A DNA stretch of 24,000 bases, taken from contig CAYODS010000006.1 in NCBI GenBank assembly GCA_964402765.1, forward strand, positions 1-24,000, in the 5' to 3' direction. Made by a program: the position numbers and the translations under genes. The notes under the pieces are model-generated. The model saw only the letters and a list, made by a program, of their open reading frames with translations. It was not told where the DNA came from and did no database searches. Origin of the DNA: an uncultured Halobacteriales archaeon. GTDB taxonomy: Archaea; Halobacteriota; Halobacteria; Halobacteriales; SW-7-71-33. Below, one piece after another: positions 1-7,298 of this stretch. The first letter of the stretch is position 1, and each line of letters opens with the position of its first letter.

Positions 1-298
1 CAAGTCCGCCCACCTCTCGGAGTATCTGGCCACCCCCGAGGCGCAGTTCGTCGGTATCCGTCCCCGGGACATCGTCGAGTACGACCTCCCCACGGACCCG
101 CTGTCGGACTCGGACGTGAACGCCCTCGAGTCGGAACTCGAGGATCCACGCTTCGACACCGAGTTCTGGCGCGAGCAGATCGAACTCCAGTTGGACATCG
201 GGAAGAAGGCCGAACAGCAGTCACTCGCCTCCCGGGGCCTGGACTTCGTCACCGAGACGTACCTCCCTGAGCGGCTCGCCGAGATGGACGTGATCTGA
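1..298 (+). CDS. top6A: DNA topoisomerase VI subunit A (Spo11 family), C-terminal fragment; the 5' end lies outside the window
   Basis: The frame starting at nt 2 is open from the window edge to TGA 296-298. Translation: [99 protein letters not shown] recognise this as the conserved C-terminal tail of archaeal Top6A. GC3-rich codons. Confidence 0.8.
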   Translation, partial: KSAHLSEYLATPEAQFVGIRPRDIVEYDLPTDPLSDSDVNALESELEDPRFDTEFWREQIELQLDIGKKAEQQSLASRGLDFVTETYLPERLAEMDVI

Positions 299-307
299 CC
301 GCGCGGC

Positions 308-2518
308 TCAACCCTCCACCCTGACGTCGCCGACCCGTACGCTGACCAACCACCTCGTCTGCACCTCCGAGGGTGCCTTCCCGACGTCCAGCAACAGCAC
401 GACGTTGTTGCGGTCGGTGCCGCCATCGTTGTCGTCGACCTCGACGACAGCGACGACCTCGTTCTTGTCGAGGTCGAGTTGCTGCTGTCCGTCGCCGTCG
501 AAGTCGGTCGTGAGTTCGTCGGGGATCGCGGTGGCGGTGCCGTTCTGCCACCACCACGCCGCGCCGGTCGGCAGGTCCGAGCCGTTCGTGTAGATCGTCG
601 CGCCGGTCGACGAGGCGTTCACCCCGCCGGGCGCGGTGCAGCGGGCGATCTGGTACTCCTTCGAGGCGTTCCACGAGGGGGCTATCGTCGCGCCAGTCGT
701 TGTGTTCGCCGTGCAGTCGTACACGCGGGTCTGGTTGACTGTGAGCGCCTGGCCGTCGTCGACACCGAACAGGGACGGCGAGAGGTCCTCGGGGGTCTGG
801 ACGTTCAGTCCGGGGCCGGTCGGCGTCGCCGAGCCGACCCAGGGCCTGACCGTGTTCGGACCGACGCCGAGGTCGACGACCGTCGGCGTGTTGACGACGT
901 ACCGCTCCGGTACGCGGGTCTGGGAGACGTCCCGGTAGATGTCGTCGAAGACGCTGGGCAGGTCGGCGGCGGTCGGCGCGTGGTACTCGTTGCCGCCGGT
1001 CTGGTCGGCGATCTGCTTCGTGACACGCCGGTCGGCCCCGCCCCCGACGGCGACGGTGTACACCGGGATGCCGCTCGCGTTGGTGACCTGTGTCTCGTTC
1101 ACCCAGTTCGTGAAGTCGGGACCGGAGTCGCCGTGGGCCACGTCCCCGCTGTACGGGACGTTCGGGGGCTGGTCCTCTGTCGGCTTTCCGTCGGTCAGCA
1201 GGACGATCACCTGCTTGTGGGAACTGTTGCCGTCGCGCTCCAGGAGGCGACGGGCGTCACGGAGTCCGGCGTCGGTCGGCGTGGCGTAGTCCAGCGTCCC
1301 GGAGTTGCGCACCTGAGTCTTCGCACCCGAGAGGTTCTCGGTGAGGGTGAAGTGCGTGACCGCCGGGTCCAGCGGCCCGGAGTAGGTGGCATTGTTGTGG
1401 GCGTGTTTCCCGGGGAAGCCGACCGCCGCGACCCGATGGTCGACCGGGTCGCCCTGCAGTTCGTCGATGAACTGCACCGTCGCGTCCTTGGCCTCGTGGA
1501 TCGGCGTCCCCGAGGGGTGGGTCGTGTCGCTCGGGCACCCACCGCTGAGCATCGAACACGACTCGTCAATCACGAAGACGATGTCGACTGGCGTCGTCGA
1601 CACGTTCGAGGTGACGTTGATGTGCGTCTTGTTGTAGCCGTTCTCGGCCGCCAGCAGTCGCGTCGACACCTCGTAGGTGTTGCCGACACCCTTGTCGACC
1701 CGCACGCCGTTCGAGAGCAGTTCTCCGGTGTCGCTGTCTCCGTCGGTGAAGTCGACGACCTTGTTGCGGTCGTCGTCCGCCCGTCGCGGGAGTTCGTCTT
1801 CGTCGAGTTTGAGCGTGACCACGTCACCGGTCCGCGTGACCGACGCCGAGTCCGGGAACTCCGCCTCGAAGTGCTCGCGCCACTGGCCCGGGAACTGGCT
1901 CTCGACCGAGACGGTGATCTCGTCCGGCCTGGTACACCCCGGCTTCGCGAACAGGCGCTCCATCGCCGTCCGGGTTCGCTCGCGAGTCCCCGTCGCGTTC
2001 TCGACGGCGGTGAACGTCCCGTCGGCGCCGCCGCCGCTGACGTTGAACGTCGTCACGCTCAGCGTGCCGTTCCGGTAGCCCACCGCCGGCGGCGACACCG
2101 TCGTCGGCCCCGACTCGGTCACGGCGAACACCCCACCCGCCTGGTACACCAGTTCGGGCCCCTCGTCGACGTCGTACCGGATACTGTCCAGCGCCAGCGT
2201 TCGCGTGCAGGTGCTCGTGCGCTGGACCGACACGGTCACCCGCCCGCCCGTCGTCACCGACGTCGACCCGTCCGTCCCGAGAGACGCCGGCACCGACTGC
2301 CGGTTCGGGCTCACGATCACCGACCGGAGCCGCCCGTCGAGTTCCTGGATCGACTGCGTGGCCCGCTCGGTCGCCGCCTCCTCGGTCAGTTGCCCGCTCA
2401 CCGTCGACCCCCCGACGTAGATCGCCGCCGCCCCGGCGACCACGAGCCCGAACAACAACACCACCCCGACCACCTCCGTCACCCCCCGTCTCGGCCTCGC
2501 GTCGGGTGTCTCTCTCAA
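308..2518 (-). CDS. P1: pilin-signal/vWA family paralogue. Class III (type IV prepilin-like) signal, conserved N-domain, vWA domain, conserved C-domain; predicted secreted or surface protein
   Basis: 736-aa ORF with GC3-rich codons. N-terminus MRETPDARPRRGVTEVVGVVLLFGLVVAGAAAIYV has a basic n-region, RG|VTEV and about 20 hydrophobic residues. vWA MIDAS residues: DxSxS in VDIVFVIDESCSM (aa 311-323), T in DYATPTDAGL, D in VIVLLTDGKP; the vWA segment is roughly nt 923-1591. Many N-x-S/T sequons. No C-terminal TM helix or PGF-CTERM. The only available start codon is TTG at 2516-2518: there is an in-frame stop at 2573-2575 and no ATG or GTG between. Confidence 0.85.
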   Translation of the reverse strand: MRETPDARPRRGVTEVVGVVLLFGLVVAGAAAIYVGGSTVSGQLTEEAATERATQSIQELDGRLRSVIVSPNRQSVPASLGTDGSTSVTTGGRVTVSVQRTSTCTRTLALDSIRYDVDEGPELVYQAGGVFAVTESGPTTVSPPAVGYRNGTLSVTTFNVSGGGADGTFTAVENATGTRERTRTAMERLFAKPGCTRPDEITVSVESQFPGQWREHFEAEFPDSASVTRTGDVVTLKLDEDELPRRADDDRNKVVDFTDGDSDTGELLSNGVRVDKGVGNTYEVSTRLLAAENGYNKTHINVTSNVSTTPVDIVFVIDESCSMLSGGCPSDTTHPSGTPIHEAKDATVQFIDELQGDPVDHRVAAVGFPGKHAHNNATYSGPLDPAVTHFTLTENLSGAKTQVRNSGTLDYATPTDAGLRDARRLLERDGNSSHKQVIVLLTDGKPTEDQPPNVPYSGDVAHGDSGPDFTNWVNETQVTNASGIPVYTVAVGGGADRRVTKQIADQTGGNEYHAPTAADLPSVFDDIYRDVSQTRVPERYVVNTPTVVDLGVGPNTVRPWVGSATPTGPGLNVQTPEDLSPSLFGVDDGQALTVNQTRVYDCTANTTTGATIAPSWNASKEYQIARCTAPGGVNASSTGATIYTNGSDLPTGAAWWWQNGTATAIPDELTTDFDGDGQQQLDLDKNEVVAVVEVDDNDGGTDRNNVVLLLDVGKAPSEVQTRWLVSVRVGDVRVEG

Positions 2519-2530
2519 AAAGTACTCACC

Positions 2531-2566
2531 TGTATAACCAACTAAACCCGAATAAATTAAATTTTG
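2531..2566 (-). promoter_or_regulatory. AT-rich promoter island upstream of P1 (TATA-like candidates)
   Basis: The minus strand reads AAAATTTAATTTATTC (2566-2551) and GGTTATACA (2539-2531), in an otherwise very GC-rich context, 13-48 nt upstream of the TTG start. Which box is used and where the TSS lies cannot be decided from sequence. Confidence 0.35.
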
Positions 2567-2677
2567 CCCCAGTTAGATTCATCTATTGCAAACAGCAGAG
2601 AAGTAACGGCTCCCGCCGAGGGAGGACGATCGCGCCGTCTGCCGAGGGCACGACGGGGTCGGCGGTCGACTGGAAGA

Positions 2678-2685
2678 ACTTTTAC
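2678..2685 (+). promoter_or_regulatory. TATA-like box for the 2709 gene (a leaderless transcript is implied)
   Basis: ACTTTTAC is centred about 27 nt upstream of GTG 2709. This spacing is typical of haloarchaeal promoters driving leaderless mRNAs. Confidence 0.4.
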
Positions 2686-2708
2686 CCGAGAGGTCCGGCG
2701 GGGCGTCC

Positions 2709-3209
2709 GTGAGTGACGGCGCCGGCGGCACGGACGGTCACGGCGGCAAGGGGCCTGACCGTGCCGGGGAACGAGCGGGCGAGCGCGAGCGCGAGCGGCG
2801 CCGGGACAGTCGCCGCCCGCCGCGCTCGTTGCAGGTCGCGGTCGCGGTCGGACTCGGACTCGTCCTGGTCGCCATCGCCGCGCTCGGGGTCGCCGTCTAC
2901 CTCGACGGCGCCGCGCCCGGCGGACTCGACGTACCCCGGGCGGAGTTGCAGTTCTCGTACGACGGGGAGACGGGCACGCTCGCCGTCGAGCACGTCGGTG
3001 GGCCGGCGTACACCACCGAGAACACCGCGGGGCTGTACGTCGCGGTGAACGGCACCGCCCGCGAGACCGTCACCCTGCCGTTCGGACCGGGCGAACGCCA
3101 CGTTCTCGAGGACGTCCCCGCCGGCCAGGAGGTGGCACTCGTGTGGGTCGCGGAGGGCGGCGAGGAGGAACGGACCGTCAGCTCGACCGTCGTGGGCGAG
3201 AGCGAGTGA
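2709..3209 (+). CDS. Small membrane-anchored protein: Arg/Glu-rich N-tail, one TM helix, and a beta-rich ectodomain of about 100 aa reminiscent of archaeal pilin (Pilin_N/DUF1628-type) globular parts
   Basis: 166-aa ORF with strong GC3 bias and an acidic C-terminal part. TM segment: LQVAVAVGLGLVLVAIAALGVAVYL. It is followed by RAELQFSYDGETGTLAVEHVGGPAYTTENTAGLYVAVNG, which resembles the 'FSF..D..G.tltvtH.GGd.l.a..l.v.vnG' pattern I recall from haloarchaeal pilin-like proteins. GTG start with a TATA-like box at -27. Transcribed divergently from P1. Confidence 0.6.
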   Translation: MSDGAGGTDGHGGKGPDRAGERAGERERERRRDSRRPPRSLQVAVAVGLGLVLVAIAALGVAVYLDGAAPGGLDVPRAELQFSYDGETGTLAVEHVGGPAYTTENTAGLYVAVNGTARETVTLPFGPGERHVLEDVPAGQEVALVWVAEGGEEERTVSSTVVGESE

Positions 3210-3251
3210 GGCGGTGTCCACGCGATCGGCCACCACCGGCACAGGGCAGGC

Positions 3252-6200
3252 TCAGCCCGACTCCCCTCCCGAGACGGACTCGGGATCCGGGTCGGCGCCC
3301 GGCTCCGACGCTTCAGAGTCCGGGGCGAGTTCGTCCCGCAGTCGGCGGAACTCCTCGCGGCGCTCCGCCAGGTCGAGGTCGTCCGCGGCGTCGATCCGCT
3401 CCAGAGCGCGCTCACACCACTCCCGGGCGGCCTCGTCGTCGCCGGACTCGCGCTCGAGGTCTTGGAGACGCTCGACGGTCTCGAGCCCCTCCCTGACGGC
3501 GCCCATCCGGTCGTAGCGGTCGAGTGCCTCCTGTAGGTGCTCACGCGCCCGTTCCGTGTTCCCGCGCCGTTCGGCGACATCCGCGAGCGTACCCAGGGCG
3601 TTCGCCTCGCCACGGACGTGCCCGATCTCGACGAACACCGACTGTCCCTCACGGGCGTACTCGCGGGCCCGGTCGAGGTCATCCTGCAACACGGCGACCT
3701 TGCCGAGGTTGTTGAGACAGCCCCCGACGGACTCGGGGTCGCCGAGCCGCCGGTTCTCCGCAAGTGCCCGCTCGAAGAACTCCCGCGCCCGGTCGAGGTC
3801 GCCCTCCTCGCCCGCCACCATGCCGAGGTTGTTGAGCGCTCCGGCCACGCCGTCCCGGTCGCCGATCGTCTCACAGAGGTCGAGCGCCCGCTGGAACTGC
3901 TCTCGCGCCCGGTCGTGTGCGCCGCGGTCGAAGGCGACGTTGCCCAGGTTGTGCAGGGCGATGGCCTCTCCCTGGCGGTCCCCGAGGGCACGGGCGAGTT
4001 CGAGACCGTCGAGGTAGTGCTCCCGTGCGTCCTCGAGGGCGCCCTTCATCCGCTCGACGGTGCCCAGGTCCGTGAGGATCCCCCGCACGGAGCGACGGTC
4101 GCCGGCTTCGCGGGCGATCTCCAGGCTTCGCCGGAACCGCTCGCCCGCCCGGTCCAGGTCGCCGCGCTTCCTGTCGACCCAGCCGAGCTGGTTCAGACAC
4201 TCCGCGACCCTTCCCCGGTCGTCACCCCGTCGCGCCCGCTCCAGTGCCGTCCGGGCGTGCTCCTCGGCGGCGTCGTAGTCGTCACGGGCGTGTGCCACCT
4301 CCGCGAGCCCGAGCGGCCGGACCACGCCCTCGTCCGGCAGCGACTCGAACGCCCGCTCGGCGCGCTCGGGGTCGCCACGGTTCAGCGCCGCCCGGCCGAG
4401 CCAACGGTCCAGGTCCGCCTCCGTGACCCGCTCGCACGCCGCCGGTAGGTCGACGCTCGCGCCGGACGCGCCGAACAGCGGAACCACCTTCGGGCGCTCC
4501 CGGGCCAGCGAGAACAGCGCCTCGGCGGTCTCGTCGGCCCACTCCGTCGGCGCCGCCTCGACCCGGGGCAGTGCCGACGCCTCGGTCTCCTGGCGGAGCC
4601 GCTCGCGGCGCCGTGGGTCGTCGGCGAGCGCGAGCAGCCGCGAGATGGCCCGGCCGAACCGCTCCGTGGCCCGCTCCGCGTCCGCGGCCGCGGCGAGAAA
4701 CGCCGTCGCCCACGCCTCGTGGACCGTCCGGTAGGTGCCGTCGTCGCCCACGCCGAACAGCAGTCGACCGTCCAGCAGGTCGACCGTCCGCTCGGCCGTC
4801 TCCTCGCCCGGCTCGGCCAGCGCGTGGAGGTGTCCCGGCCCGAACGGCACCCCGGCGGCGGTCAGCGCCGCCGCCGTCGTCGCCACGCTGACGGAGTGTT
4901 CTTCCTCCGAGACGCGCTCGCGGAGCCGCTCGACGGCCTCCTCCAGCGTGGTCGAGTCCTCGGCCAGCGGGTCGGCGTACAGCGCCAGCCGGTGGGTGAG
5001 CAACAACACCTCGTCCGGCGCCGCCCCGTCGCCGCCGGGGCCCCGGTCACCCTCGATCGTCTCCCGCAGGCGCTCGACCGGCACGTCGATCGTCGTCTCG
5101 GCGGTCCGCTCGAACTGCTCGACCACGCGCCGGTAGTCGGTGTCGTCGAGCGACGGCATCGGCTCGACGGCGAGGTCGAGGGCGTCGAGGTCGGTCGCCG
5201 GCGCCGCCGGCGGGTCGTGCCACTCCGACAGGCGGGCGTCGAACAGGAACGAGACCGACGCCCCGGCCAGCCGTCTCGCCGCCTCGACGGCCCCGACCGC
5301 CCCGGGCTGGACGACGTCCTCGACGACCACCAGCGTGTGCCCGTCGGTCGCCTCGACGGCGGCGACGAGGTCGTCGACCGACTCGACCGCCGCCCCGCGC
5401 CCGCGCTCCCGGTACAGCACCGGCCCGTGCCCGGCGTCGTACCACTCGCAGGCGACCTGCTTGCACACCGTCGACTTCCCCGACCCCGGTGGGCCGACGA
5501 CCAGCGTGTCCTCGCCCGCCGTCAGGGCCGCCAGCAGGCGGTCGGTCAGCGACTCGCCCTCGTCTGTCGTCCGGTCGGCGGCGTAGCCGCTCTGGACCTC
5601 GGCCACGTCCAGCCCGGCACGCCACGCCGTCGCCGGGTCCGCGACGGGACTGTCGACGAAGTACGACCGGTCCAGGGCGACGAACCCCTCGCGCTCCAGT
5701 GCGACCGGCAGTCCGCCCCGCCCGTCGTCGAGGTCGCTGGCCCCCGTCTCCCTGGCGACGGACGCCGTCACCGGCGTGGCCGCTGACCGCAGGTCGGCGT
5801 AGGTCGACTCGGCCCAGCGAACGGCCGCCTCGGCGTCGTTCCGGATCACCGCGTGGACGCCCCCGTCGACGACCACGACCACCGTGACGACCGTCCGGTC
5901 GCCGGTCTCGGCGACGACGACCCCGAACGACGGCACCTCGCCCGTCAGCAGTTCGAACTCCTCGGCGGCCATCGCGCGCAGTTCGCCCCCGAACCTGGCG
6001 GCCAGGGATTCCCGGACCGCCGGGGAGACGACCACCTCGACCGCGGCGTCGTCCCTGACGACGCGGTCGTACAGCAGCCGCGCCGTCGGCGCCGAGACGG
6101 TCGGCAGGGCGGCCCGGACCCGGTCGGCCTCGCGGAGACTCTCCCGGAGTCGCCCTGGCGCCCGGTAGCGCTCGCCGTCGGACGGGCCGACGACCTCAGC

Positions 6201-6530
6201 GTCCGACAGCACGGCGGGGACGAGCGGGGCGTCAGCCGGGAGTGGGTCAAGCGCCCCCTGGGCCGCCACCACCCCCTCTACGCGACGCCGGTGTGCCCGG
6301 TGGGCGTCCAGTGCCAGCCGACCCGACGGCGTCAGCGCGTAACCCTCGCTGTCGTCGCTCCCCTCGACGAACCCGGCGGCCGCCAGTCTCCGCACCGCAC
6401 GGCTGGCGGTGCTCTTCGAGACGTCGGTACGGTCCGCCAGCTCACCGAGCGTCAGCCGGTCGTCCGCCAGTGCCCCCAGCAGGTGTCGGCGCCGGGCCAG
6501 CAGGTCGACGGGGTCGTCGGCGTCCTCCAT
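3252..6530 (-). CDS. Multidomain regulator-like protein: winged-HTH plus COG4742/FilR1-like regulator module, P-loop NTPase (STAND/AAA-like), and C-terminal TPR array
   Basis: 1092-aa ORF starting at ATG 6530. The wHTH is at aa 10-75 (LGELADRTDVSKSTASRAVRRLAAAGFVE...GYALTPSGRLAL). A regulator C-domain-like block covers aa 150-250 (VVVVVDGGVHAVIRNDAEAAVRWAESTY). Walker A GPPGSGKST is at aa 346-354 (nt 5469-5495). Walker B-like LVVVEDV is at aa 400-406 (nt 5313-5333). A helical linker follows, then six or more 40-aa TPR-like units at aa 776-1015 with degenerate flanking units, and an acidic tail. Confidence 0.85.
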   Translation of the reverse strand: MEDADDPVDLLARRRHLLGALADDRLTLGELADRTDVSKSTASRAVRRLAAAGFVEGSDDSEGYALTPSGRLALDAHRAHRRRVEGVVAAQGALDPLPADAPLVPAVLSDAEVVGPSDGERYRAPGRLRESLREADRVRAALPTVSAPTARLLYDRVVRDDAAVEVVVSPAVRESLAARFGGELRAMAAEEFELLTGEVPSFGVVVAETGDRTVVTVVVVVDGGVHAVIRNDAEAAVRWAESTYADLRSAATPVTASVARETGASDLDDGRGGLPVALEREGFVALDRSYFVDSPVADPATAWRAGLDVAEVQSGYAADRTTDEGESLTDRLLAALTAGEDTLVVGPPGSGKSTVCKQVACEWYDAGHGPVLYRERGRGAAVESVDDLVAAVEATDGHTLVVVEDVVQPGAVGAVEAARRLAGASVSFLFDARLSEWHDPPAAPATDLDALDLAVEPMPSLDDTDYRRVVEQFERTAETTIDVPVERLRETIEGDRGPGGDGAAPDEVLLLTHRLALYADPLAEDSTTLEEAVERLRERVSEEEHSVSVATTAAALTAAGVPFGPGHLHALAEPGEETAERTVDLLDGRLLFGVGDDGTYRTVHEAWATAFLAAAADAERATERFGRAISRLLALADDPRRRERLRQETEASALPRVEAAPTEWADETAEALFSLARERPKVVPLFGASGASVDLPAACERVTEADLDRWLGRAALNRGDPERAERAFESLPDEGVVRPLGLAEVAHARDDYDAAEEHARTALERARRGDDRGRVAECLNQLGWVDRKRGDLDRAGERFRRSLEIAREAGDRRSVRGILTDLGTVERMKGALEDAREHYLDGLELARALGDRQGEAIALHNLGNVAFDRGAHDRAREQFQRALDLCETIGDRDGVAGALNNLGMVAGEEGDLDRAREFFERALAENRRLGDPESVGGCLNNLGKVAVLQDDLDRAREYAREGQSVFVEIGHVRGEANALGTLADVAERRGNTERAREHLQEALDRYDRMGAVREGLETVERLQDLERESGDDEAAREWCERALERIDAADDLDLAERREEFRRLRDELAPDSEASEPGADPDPESVSGGESG
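3486..4205 (-). repeat. Six tandem 120-bp (40-aa) TPR-like coding repeats inside the 3252-6530 CDS
   Basis: Units begin AECLNQLGWV.., RGILTDLGTV.., AIALHNLGNV.., AGALNNLGMV.., GGCLNNLGKV.. and ANALGTLADV... Each has the pattern ..LG.V....GDLDRARE.F..AL......GD. DNA-level echoes such as cgcgcccggtcgaggtc recur with a period of 120 bp. Confidence 0.75.
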
Positions 6531-6561
6531 ACGGTAGCCTCGACGGGGGCGGCGTCACAAG

Positions 6562-7260
6562 TCAGTTCGGGTCCTCGAGCACCACGGGAACGCCGCTCTC
6601 GGCCACGTCGGCCGCGAAGGCGCGCTCGTCGGTCTCTATGGCCTCGAAGGTGTCGTAGTGTACCGGCAACACGAGGTCGGGGTCGGCCGCGGCGGCCAGG
6701 GCGGCGGCCTCGTGGCGGTCCATCGTGAAACTGCCACCGATCGGCGGCAGCAAGAGGGAGGCGGCGAGGTCGGCGTGGAAGTCCAGCACGTCGGTGTCGC
6801 CCGGCCAGAACACCGGCAGGCCGTCGACGCGGACCCGGAACCCGACGCCGAACCCCTCCGGGTGGTACGGGGTGCCGTCCTCACGGACGTGGCCGTCGGG
6901 CCGGTTGTGCGCGGGGAAGGACTCGACGCGGACCCCGTCCACCCGGAGGGCGTCGTCCTGGCCGATCCGGTTCACGCGCCGGTCCAGCTCCTCCGGCGGG
7001 ACCACGTCGCGGTCGATCCCCGCCGGGTCGACGCCGTCGTACACGACGAGCGTGGCGTCCTCGCTCGCGACGCGGTCGATCCCCTCGGAGTCGTAGTGGT
7101 GGTCGTGGGTCACACAGACCACGTCGCCGTCGCGGGGCTCGTGGCCGTCGAGCACGCCGTACCGTCCGGGGTCGAGGTAGACGACGCCGTCGCTGCCCTC
7201 GATCCGGACGGTGGCGTAGCCGAGCCAGTCGACGCGCAGGCCCTCGTGTCGGACTGTCAT
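6562..7260 (-). CDS. MBL-fold metal-dependent hydrolase (beta-lactamase superfamily, UPF0173-like)
   Basis: 232 aa. N-terminus: MTVRHEGLRVDWLGYATVRIEGSDGVVYLDPG. Metal-binding motif VCVTHDHHYD (HxHxDH variant). Later residues include PGDTD and LPVHYDTF. Confidence 0.8.
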   Translation of the reverse strand: MTVRHEGLRVDWLGYATVRIEGSDGVVYLDPGRYGVLDGHEPRDGDVVCVTHDHHYDSEGIDRVASEDATLVVYDGVDPAGIDRDVVPPEELDRRVNRIGQDDALRVDGVRVESFPAHNRPDGHVREDGTPYHPEGFGVGFRVRVDGLPVFWPGDTDVLDFHADLAASLLLPPIGGSFTMDRHEAAALAAAADPDLVLPVHYDTFEAIETDERAFAADVAESGVPVVLEDPN

Positions 7261-7282
7261 ACAGGTCGTACGACCGACCGGG

Positions 7283-7291
7283 CCAAAAGAG
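7283..7291 (-). promoter_or_regulatory. T-run (minus strand CTCTTTTGG): either a TATA-like box for the MBL gene or an oligo-T terminator for P2
   Basis: It is centred 27 nt upstream of ATG 7260 and 8-16 nt downstream of the P2 stop codon (7299-7301). The two roles cannot be separated from sequence. Confidence 0.3.
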
Positions 7292-7298
7292 CGCGGTC

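Noticed and set aside
479-2545. 688-aa plus-strand ORF antisense to P1. There are many similar long antisense or off-frame ORFs, for example 249-674, 2897-3991, 3537-4448, 4719-5786, 5853-6728, 6658-7368, 8409-9521, 10734-11666 and 12171-13907.
   Set aside because: Their translations are Arg/Pro/Gly/Val-rich low-complexity strings with no motifs, and they lie opposite or out of frame to ORFs with clear domain signatures. In DNA this GC-rich, stop codons are rare in all frames, so long spurious ORFs are expected.
2506-2712. 68-aa plus-strand ORF filling the P1/2709 divergent intergenic region (MSLSKSTHLYNQLNPNKLNF...).
   Set aside because: It overlaps the P1 start codon and both promoter elements. 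It is basic and Asn/Lys-rich in its AT-rich half, which is atypical for an acidic haloarchaeal proteome, and it lacks GC3 bias. It most likely reflects promoter DNA read as codons.
2773-2798. A GAGCG[CG] microrepeat of about 4 units, as a possible slipped-strand phase-variation tract.
   Set aside because: It is short, imperfect and a multiple of 3 nt, so slippage would only add or remove Glu-Arg dipeptides in a low-complexity tail. There is no evidence of a switching function.
3486-4205. Regular DNA periodicity of about 120 bp with recurring motifs (cgcgcccggtcgaggtc), which superficially resembles a repeat array.
   Set aside because: The periodicity is in frame with the 3252-6530 CDS and corresponds to 40-aa TPR-like units. 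The repeats are diverged and contiguous with no unique spacers, so this is not a CRISPR array or a non-coding satellite.
3252-6530. Calling the HTH-NTPase-TPR protein an antiviral STAND (Avs-type) defence gene, and the region a defence island.
   Set aside because: Only the generic tripartite architecture supports this. The N-terminal module is a DNA-binding regulator rather than a nuclease, protease or other toxic effector, and no other defence genes, integrases or mobile-element signatures are nearby. The idea is kept as an alternative hypothesis inside the finding, not as a call.
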